Positions 46,719-52,539 of a stretch of DNA of 52,539 nucleotides are shown here, piece after piece; position 1 is the first letter of the stretch; every line of letters begins with the position of its first letter. The translations under genes and the position numbers were made by a program. The stretch lies in the IMG/VR virus record IMGVR_UViG_3300020179_000046, positions 1 to 52,539 of that record; one strand, 5' to 3'. The notes beneath the pieces are model-generated. The model had not been told where the DNA came from, made no database searches, and saw nothing but the letters and a program-made list of their open reading frames with translations. The stretch comes from a virus (taxonomy: Duplodnaviria; Caudoviricetes).

Positions 46719-47369
46719 ATGGCTAGAGGTATTTCAGAATTTAAATCTCGTCTTGCTAAAGGTGGGGCAAGGCCTAATCTATTCATGTGTAGATTAAATT
46801 TTCCAACCACTCTGTCCAATATTGTTGATATTACTGCTGTTGATTCCGCTACTGATCTAACTGGTCAAGCTGAATTTCTTGTAAAGACCGCTCAACTACC
46901 AGCGTCTACCGTTGGTGTTATTGACGTTCCTTTCCGTGGAAGAATGCTAAAGGTTGCCGGAGACAGAACCTTTGAACCATGGTCTGTTACTGTTATTAAT
47001 GATGGTGCTTTCAGACTCCGCAAGGCGTTTGAAACCTGGTCAAGAGGTGTTAACGCTCTAACCGAGAACGTTTCACAACTTGGATATGGTTCTGGAGATC
47101 CAATTTCATATTGTGTTGACATGTCTGTGTTTCAACTCAGTAGAGATAACCAGACGCCAAGTAAAACACCAACTAATATGAATACTCTTGGTGAAGATGG
47201 TATGGAAGTTGTACGTGCATACAAATTTTTTGATGCATGGCCTTCTTCATTGTCTGCAATTGATCTTTCATACGAATCAAATGATCAGGTTGAAGAATTT
47301 ACTGTAGAGTTTCAATATAATTATTATGAAGTAACTCAACCAACTCTTGACACAGCAGTAGGATCATAA
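46719..47369 (+). CDS. gp19: tail tube protein gp19
   Basis: GGARPNLF, VPFRGRMLKVAGDRTFEPWSVTVIND, EEFTVEFQY. Confidence 0.96.
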   Translation: MARGISEFKSRLAKGGARPNLFMCRLNFPTTLSNIVDITAVDSATDLTGQAEFLVKTAQLPASTVGVIDVPFRGRMLKVAGDRTFEPWSVTVINDGAFRLRKAFETWSRGVNALTENVSQLGYGSGDPISYCVDMSVFQLSRDNQTPSKTPTNMNTLGEDGMEVVRAYKFFDAWPSSLSAIDLSYESNDQVEEFTVEFQYNYYEVTQPTLDTAVGS

Positions 47370-47375
47370 TAAATA
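47369..47375 (+). promoter_or_regulatory. late promoter core ATAAATA overlapping the gp19 stop
   Basis: TAATAAATA upstream of gp20. Confidence 0.6.
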
Positions 47376-47401
47376 GTATTTGATATAATCACGCTTATAC
47401 T

Positions 47402-49024
47402 ATGTCTCAACTATTTGGATTCTCAATTGAGGAGCGTAAGAAAAAAGAAAAACTGATTTCTCCAGCTCCTCCAAATAACGATGATGGCACCTCCGTAGTT
47501 GCGGCTGGTGCCTATTTTGGTCAATATATTGATATTGATGGTATTCCTAAAAACAATAATGAATTTGAATTAATTCGTAAATATAGGGAAATTGCCTTGC
47601 ATCCAGAGTGTGATAATGCTATTGATGATATTATTAACGAATCCATTAGTAGTGATTTAGATTTTTGTCCCGTTAAAATTGAGTTATCTAATTTAGAAGT
47701 TAGTGATAAAATTAAAAAAATAATTAGAGAAGAATTTAATTATATTATACGACTGATTGATTTTGATAGAAAATCTCATGAGATTTTCCGTCGTTGGTAT
47801 ATTGATGGAAGACTATACTATCATAAGTTAATTGATTTCGATAACCCAAAAGAAGGTATTAAAGAGTTAAGATTTATTGATGCTCTTAAAATTCGTAAGG
47901 TAAGAGAAGTTATACGAAATAAAGATAATCAAATTGTTCTTAATGGCACTGCAAGATTTGATTACGGAGATACTTTAGAATATTATCTTTATTTCCCTGC
48001 CGGATATAAAGCAGATCAAAATAAAGGAATTAGAATTACAAATGATGCAATTACATTTGTATCATCTGGTTTAATGGACCATAATCATAATATGGTCATT
48101 AGTCATTTGCATAAGGCAATCAAGTCTGTAAACCAGTTGAGGATGATTGAAGATTCTTTGGTTATCTACAGACTATCAAGAGCACCAGAACGTAGAATTT
48201 TTTATATTGATGTTGGTAACTTGCCCAAGATGAAGGCGGAACAATACCTTAGAGAGGTTATGTCTCGTTACCGCAACAAACTTGTATACGACTCCGCAAC
48301 AGGTGAAATTCGTGATGACCGCAAACACATGAGCATGCTTGAAGATTTCTGGTTACCTCGTCGTGAGGGTGGTAGAGGAACGGAAATTACTACTCTCCCA
48401 GGCGGCCAGAATTTAGGCGAACTAGAGGATGTTAAATACTTCCAAAAGAAACTTTACAAGTCTCTCAATATTCCTCTGTCAAGATTGGAACAAGAAAGTT
48501 CATTCACTATCGGTAGATCTAATGAGATTACTAGAGATGAACTTAAGTTTGCCAAATTTGTTGGTCGTCTTCGTAAGAAATTTAGCGATCTTTTCTTAGA
48601 TTTATTACGCACACAATTAATTCTAAAAGGTGTCTTTACTCCAGAAGATTGGAATAACATGAAAGAGAATGTTCAATTTGATTATATTTTTGACAATCAT
48701 TTTGCAGAACTCAAAAATAATGAATTACTTACAGAACGTTTAAATTCTGTAAATCTTGTAGAACCATATGTTGGCAAATACTTCTCCGCAGAGTATGTAA
48801 GAAAGCAAGTTCTTCAATTTACGGATGAAGAATGTGAAGATATTGATTTGCAAATTAAAAAAGAAATTGAATTAGGTATTATTGCAGATCCAAGTGCAAT
48901 GATGGATCCTGCAATGGGTGGAGCACCAGCTGAGGGTCAACCTCCTCCAGCTGCTGGCGGCGATTTAGATACCGCCTTTGCAAGCGCAATTTCCTCATCA
49001 GATTATTCTAAAGGAAATATTTAA
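47402..49024 (+). CDS. gp20: portal protein gp20
   Basis: RRWYIDGRLYYH, RAPERRIFYIDVGNLPK, MLEDFWLPRREGGRGTEITTLPGGQNLG. Confidence 0.97.
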   Translation: MSQLFGFSIEERKKKEKLISPAPPNNDDGTSVVAAGAYFGQYIDIDGIPKNNNEFELIRKYREIALHPECDNAIDDIINESISSDLDFCPVKIELSNLEVSDKIKKIIREEFNYIIRLIDFDRKSHEIFRRWYIDGRLYYHKLIDFDNPKEGIKELRFIDALKIRKVREVIRNKDNQIVLNGTARFDYGDTLEYYLYFPAGYKADQNKGIRITNDAITFVSSGLMDHNHNMVISHLHKAIKSVNQLRMIEDSLVIYRLSRAPERRIFYIDVGNLPKMKAEQYLREVMSRYRNKLVYDSATGEIRDDRKHMSMLEDFWLPRREGGRGTEITTLPGGQNLGELEDVKYFQKKLYKSLNIPLSRLEQESSFTIGRSNEITRDELKFAKFVGRLRKKFSDLFLDLLRTQLILKGVFTPEDWNNMKENVQFDYIFDNHFAELKNNELLTERLNSVNLVEPYVGKYFSAEYVRKQVLQFTDEECEDIDLQIKKEIELGIIADPSAMMDPAMGGAPAEGQPPPAAGGDLDTAFASAISSSDYSKGNI

Positions 49025-49030
49025 TAAATA
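49024..49030 (+). promoter_or_regulatory. late promoter core ATAAATA overlapping the gp20 stop
   Basis: TAATAAATA upstream of ORF 49055. Confidence 0.6.
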
Positions 49031-49054
49031 ATTATTGTATAACTGGAGTATATT

Positions 49055-49279
49055 ATGACATCTATATCTAGAGAAATTGTTGACGCAATTCTTGATCGAG
49101 ATAATGTAAATGCAAACGAAAAAATTTATAATGCACTCTATGGAAAGAGTTCGGAAGAACTTCTTACTAGAAAAGCAACAATTGCAAAACATTTCTTTAA
49201 TCCTGATTTTGACGGAAATGAACCTGATAATAATGTAGAAGTTGAAGACACCGAAGACACCGAAGAAACCGAAGAGTAA
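49055..49279 (+). CDS. small acidic prohead core protein (at the T4 gp67 position)
   Basis: Between gp20 and gp21; E/D-rich tail encoded by a 9-nt tandem GAAGA(C/A)ACC x3 at 49244-49270. Confidence 0.7.
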   Translation: MTSISREIVDAILDRDNVNANEKIYNALYGKSSEELLTRKATIAKHFFNPDFDGNEPDNNVEVEDTEDTEETEE

Positions 49280-49284
49280 ATCCA

Positions 49285-49935
49285 ATGAAACTAATATCAG
49301 AAGAAATTATAGATATTCAATTTATTGCCGAAGAAAAAAATGGCAATAGATCTTACTTTATTGAAGGAGTATTTTTACAATCCGATATTAGAAATCGTAA
49401 CGGAAGAATGTATCCCTTTGATACTTTAAATAGAGAGGTATCAAAGTATAATGAAAATTATATTCAACGGGGTAGAGCTTTAGGTGAGTTGGGTCATCCA
49501 GATGGTCCAACAATTAATTTAGATAGAGTTTCACATAAGATTATTTCCTTAACATCTGAAGGTAAAAACTTTATTGGTAAGGCAAAAATTCTTGAGACTC
49601 CAATGGGCAAGATCGCAAAGAACTTGTTAGATGAAGGTGTAAAACTTGGAGTTTCTTCAAGGGGCCTTGGATCAATTGAGAGAAGAGGTGATACCAATAT
49701 CGTTAAAGACGATTTTATGCTTTCCACGGCAGCAGACATTGTTGCGGATCCTTCCGCTCCAGATGCTTTCGTAGAAGGAATTATGGAAAATAGAGAATGG
49801 ATTTGGAACAACGGTTGTTGGAAAGAGTCTTCTCTAGAAGGAGCAAAACAATATTTGGATGGATCATCATCCAATGAACTACTAGATAGAAAACTTAAAG
49901 TTTTTGAGACTTTCTTACGTAATATAAAATTTTAA
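49285..49935 (+). CDS. gp21: prohead protease gp21
   Basis: NRNGRMY, ALGELGHP (catalytic His), GVSSRGLGS (catalytic Ser), DIVADPSAPDAFV. Confidence 0.96.
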   Translation: MKLISEEIIDIQFIAEEKNGNRSYFIEGVFLQSDIRNRNGRMYPFDTLNREVSKYNENYIQRGRALGELGHPDGPTINLDRVSHKIISLTSEGKNFIGKAKILETPMGKIAKNLLDEGVKLGVSSRGLGSIERRGDTNIVKDDFMLSTAADIVADPSAPDAFVEGIMENREWIWNNGCWKESSLEGAKQYLDGSSSNELLDRKLKVFETFLRNIKF

Positions 49936-49941
49936 TAAATA
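49935..49941 (+). promoter_or_regulatory. late promoter core ATAAATA overlapping the gp21 stop
   Basis: TAATAAATA upstream of gp22. Confidence 0.6.
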
Positions 49942-49977
49942 CTAGTAGAAAATACAATTTTCTTTAGAGGGGAACCC

Positions 49978-51099
49978 ATGTCCAATAATACATTTGAAAT
50001 TTTAAGTGAGGAACCAGTAACCGCAGGAGCAAAACCTGCGGAGAAAATGCCTCGTATTGTTAATACAAATCCAGGTCAGTCAGGATCGGCGGAAGATCTT
50101 GGTGGTCCATTAACAAAACCATCACCAGATACGGAACCAACTCCTGGTAAATCTGTTTCTTCAAAAGCTAAACAGCTTTCAAATAGAATTACTCAAGGTG
50201 CTGGTAGTGCCGATGGAATGCCAACTCTTCAAGGATCAACTCCTGGTCAACCAGGGACTGCTCCAAGTTCATCTTCTGGTGGAGATGCTATGCCAAGACT
50301 AAAAGGTTCAACTCCAGGTCAATCTGGGGTTAAGGAAGAAGAAGAACTAGATTCAGAAGAAGTTCTTGCAGAAGATTCTGGAGAACTAGAAATTGATGTA
50401 ACTGAAGATGTAGATGCACTTTTACGTGGCGAAGATCTCTCAGAGAATTTTAAATTTAAGGCAGCAACAATTTTTGAAGCTGCAGTAAAATCAAAAGTAA
50501 TTGAAGAATTAGAAAAATTTGAAAAACTATATGATAAGAGACTTCAAGAGGAAGTTGAAGAGATTAAAGAATCTCTAGAAACCCGTGTTGAAGCTCATCT
50601 TGATTACGTATCTGAGCAATGGCTAGTTGAAAATCAACTTGCTGTTGATAACGGACTACGTAGTGAGTTGGCCGAAGAGTTCATTCTTGGTATCAAGAAT
50701 GTATTCGAATCATGTTATGTCGATATCCCTGAGGATAAGTACGATGTTCTCGGAGAAATGTCCGAGAGACTAGATCAAATGGAAGAGAAACTCAACGAAC
50801 AAATCGAAGTAAATGTTGAGCTAAATTCGGCAATCGGAGAATTTATTAAAGATGGAATTATTGCAGAAGTATCCGAAGGCCTTGCTCAGACACAAAAAGA
50901 AAAACTCACTTCTCTAGCAGAAGGTGTTGAGTTCATTAGTGAAGAATCTTATCGTGAAAAAATCGAAACAATCAAGGAAAGCTATTTTCCTAAGTCTCAA
51001 ACTTCTTATACAGAAGATCTAATTGAGCAAACTCAGACCATGCAAGTAGAAGGACCAATGGCAGCATATGCGGCCGCAATTTCTAAGTGGTCTAAATAA
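49978..51099 (+). CDS. gp22: prohead core scaffold protein gp22
   Basis: LSENFKFKAATIFEAAV, LDYVSEQW..EN, acidic coiled coil, MAAYAAAI; between gp21 and gp23. Confidence 0.93.
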   Translation: MSNNTFEILSEEPVTAGAKPAEKMPRIVNTNPGQSGSAEDLGGPLTKPSPDTEPTPGKSVSSKAKQLSNRITQGAGSADGMPTLQGSTPGQPGTAPSSSSGGDAMPRLKGSTPGQSGVKEEEELDSEEVLAEDSGELEIDVTEDVDALLRGEDLSENFKFKAATIFEAAVKSKVIEELEKFEKLYDKRLQEEVEEIKESLETRVEAHLDYVSEQWLVENQLAVDNGLRSELAEEFILGIKNVFESCYVDIPEDKYDVLGEMSERLDQMEEKLNEQIEVNVELNSAIGEFIKDGIIAEVSEGLAQTQKEKLTSLAEGVEFISEESYREKIETIKESYFPKSQTSYTEDLIEQTQTMQVEGPMAAYAAAISKWSK

Positions 51100-51106
51100 T
51101 AGATTC

Positions 51107-51114
51107 TATAAATA
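51107..51114 (+). promoter_or_regulatory. T4 late promoter TATAAATA for gp23
   Basis: Exact consensus; AGGAG Shine-Dalgarno precedes ATG 51163. Confidence 0.85.
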
Positions 51115-51162
51115 ATCATAGATTCCTAACAATTAACCAACACTAATAGGAGTTTCCTACCT

Positions 51163-52539
51163 ATGTACAACGCAGAACACCTTCAAGAGAAGTGGGCTCC
51201 AATTCTAGAGCACACAGGTCTTGATTCAATCAAAGATTCACACCGTAAAGCAGTTACGGCTATCCTTCTAGAAAACCAAGAGCGTTTCCTACGTGAAGAG
51301 CGTGGAATGCTTACAGAAGCGCCTTCTTCACCAACCATGTCGGCTGGTACAGGTGGTTTCACAGGTTCGGGTGCTAACCCTCCTGTTGCAGGTTTTGATC
51401 CAGTTCTAATTTCACTCATCAGACGTTCAATGCCAAAACTAATGGCATATGACATCTGTGGTGTTCAACCAATGAGTGCTCCAACAGGTCTAATTTTCGC
51501 AATGCGTTCACATCGTGGTACTGATCGTGATGGTAACGGCGCTACTCCAAACGTATTTGATAACGAGACCTTCTTTAATGAAGTTCCATCTGGATTCTCT
51601 GCTGCAGGCGGTGCTTACAGTGCTGTAGCTGGTGAAACCGCAACAAACCCTGCTGTGCTTAACGCTGCAGGTGCATATTCTGCAGGTCCTGGTGGTATGA
51701 ACACCACTGCACTTGAGCAACTAGGTTCTGATCCTGCTGCTGCATTCCGCGAGATGTCATTCAGCATTGAAAAAGTTGCTGTTGAAGCAAAGGGTCGTGC
51801 TCTAAAAGCTGAGTACTCACTAGAACTCGCTCAAGACCTCAAGGCAGTTCATGGTCTTGATGCTGAGACTGAACTTGCAAACATCCTTTCTGCAGAAGTT
51901 CTTGCAGAAATCAACCGTGAAGTAGTTCGTACCATCTACGTAACTGCAAAGCCTGGTGCTCAGAACAACGTTGCAAACGCTGGTACGTTTGACCTTGACG
52001 TTGATTCAAACGGTCGTTGGATGGCAGAGAAGTTCAAGGGTCTCATTTATCAAATTGAGAGAGACGCTAACGCAATCGGTCACGAGACTCGTAGAGGGAA
52101 GGGTAACTTCCTCGTCTGTTCTGCAGACGTTGCAAGTGCTCTCGCAATGGCAGGTGTAATGGATTACACCCCAGCACTCAATGGTAACAACGCTCTCGCA
52201 GGTGTTGATGATACCGAGTCAACTCTAGTTGGTACTCTAAACGGTCGTATCAAGGTTTATGTTGATCCATATTCCGCGAACATCTCTAACGAGCACTATT
52301 ATGTAATGGGTTACAAGGGTACTTCTGCATATGATGCAGGTCTCTTCTACTGCCCATACGTTCCTCTCCAAATGGTTCGTTCCATTGGTCAGGACACCTT
52401 CCAACCAAAGATTGGATTCAAGACACGTTACGGAATGGTTGCAAACCCATTCTCACGTGGCACCACTCAGTCTTCTTCTGCAATTGTTGCAAACAGCAAC
52501 GTATACTACAGAAGAACCAGAGTTATCAACCTCATGTGA
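51163..52539 (+). CDS. gp23: major capsid protein gp23
   Basis: KWAPIL, DICGVQPM..PTGLIFAMRS, RALKAEYSLELAQDLKAVHGLDAE, YCPYVPLQM, FQPKIGFKTRYG; likely maturation site MLTE52/A. Confidence 0.98.
   Translation: MYNAEHLQEKWAPILEHTGLDSIKDSHRKAVTAILLENQERFLREERGMLTEAPSSPTMSAGTGGFTGSGANPPVAGFDPVLISLIRRSMPKLMAYDICGVQPMSAPTGLIFAMRSHRGTDRDGNGATPNVFDNETFFNEVPSGFSAAGGAYSAVAGETATNPAVLNAAGAYSAGPGGMNTTALEQLGSDPAAAFREMSFSIEKVAVEAKGRALKAEYSLELAQDLKAVHGLDAETELANILSAEVLAEINREVVRTIYVTAKPGAQNNVANAGTFDLDVDSNGRWMAEKFKGLIYQIERDANAIGHETRRGKGNFLVCSADVASALAMAGVMDYTPALNGNNALAGVDDTESTLVGTLNGRIKVYVDPYSANISNEHYYVMGYKGTSAYDAGLFYCPYVPLQMVRSIGQDTFQPKIGFKTRYGMVANPFSRGTTQSSSAIVANSNVYYRRTRVINLM

Noticed and set aside
9769-52159. 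Numerous 60-140-aa antisense or out-of-frame ORFs nested in structural genes
   Set aside because: All lie inside well-supported genes, show no recognisable motifs, and are expected by chance or from codon bias.
42064-52539. Inteins or introns in terminase, portal or capsid genes
   Set aside because: gp17, gp20 and gp23 have ordinary lengths and continuous motifs; no intein ends or LAGLIDADG motifs seen.
1-52539. tRNA/rRNA genes, stop-codon reassignment or programmed frameshifts
   Set aside because: Intergenic gaps are short and show no cloverleaf. Core genes translate full length in the standard code with TAA, TGA and TAG stops, and no split gene needing a frameshift was found.

Overview
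52.5 kb of an AT-rich T4-like myovirus genome. Gene order and protein motifs match T4-like cyanophages; the host cannot be proven from this window. All supported genes are on the + strand. Bases 1-2280 end a hypervariable array of tiny, closely packed and often overlapping ORFs, with an HNH endonuclease and an AbrB-like regulator. The rest is the late virion morphogenesis block: a 1115-aa putative structural protein, PAAR, gp25, gp6, a giant ~4956-aa gp7-like protein, gp8, a VrlC-like protein, a repeat-rich tail fibre, gp13-16, an accessory island, then gp17-gp23. T4-type late promoter cores (ATAAATA) punctuate the block. Best leads: (i) a 483-aa protein between gp16 and gp17 with a T4 capsid-targeting-like motif and basic modules separated by candidate prohead-protease sites, i.e. 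a possible packaged polyprotein; (ii) a self-contained sigma70 promoter / 48-aa basic peptide / terminator unit inside the late cluster; (iii) a shared (A/G)TGACTGA start junction in the small-ORF array that closes both alternative frames; (iv) hierarchical and nested domain duplications shared among structural proteins. No tRNA, rRNA, CRISPR, intein, intron or DGR was recognised. Family calls come from motif recognition and synteny by eye, not from database searches.
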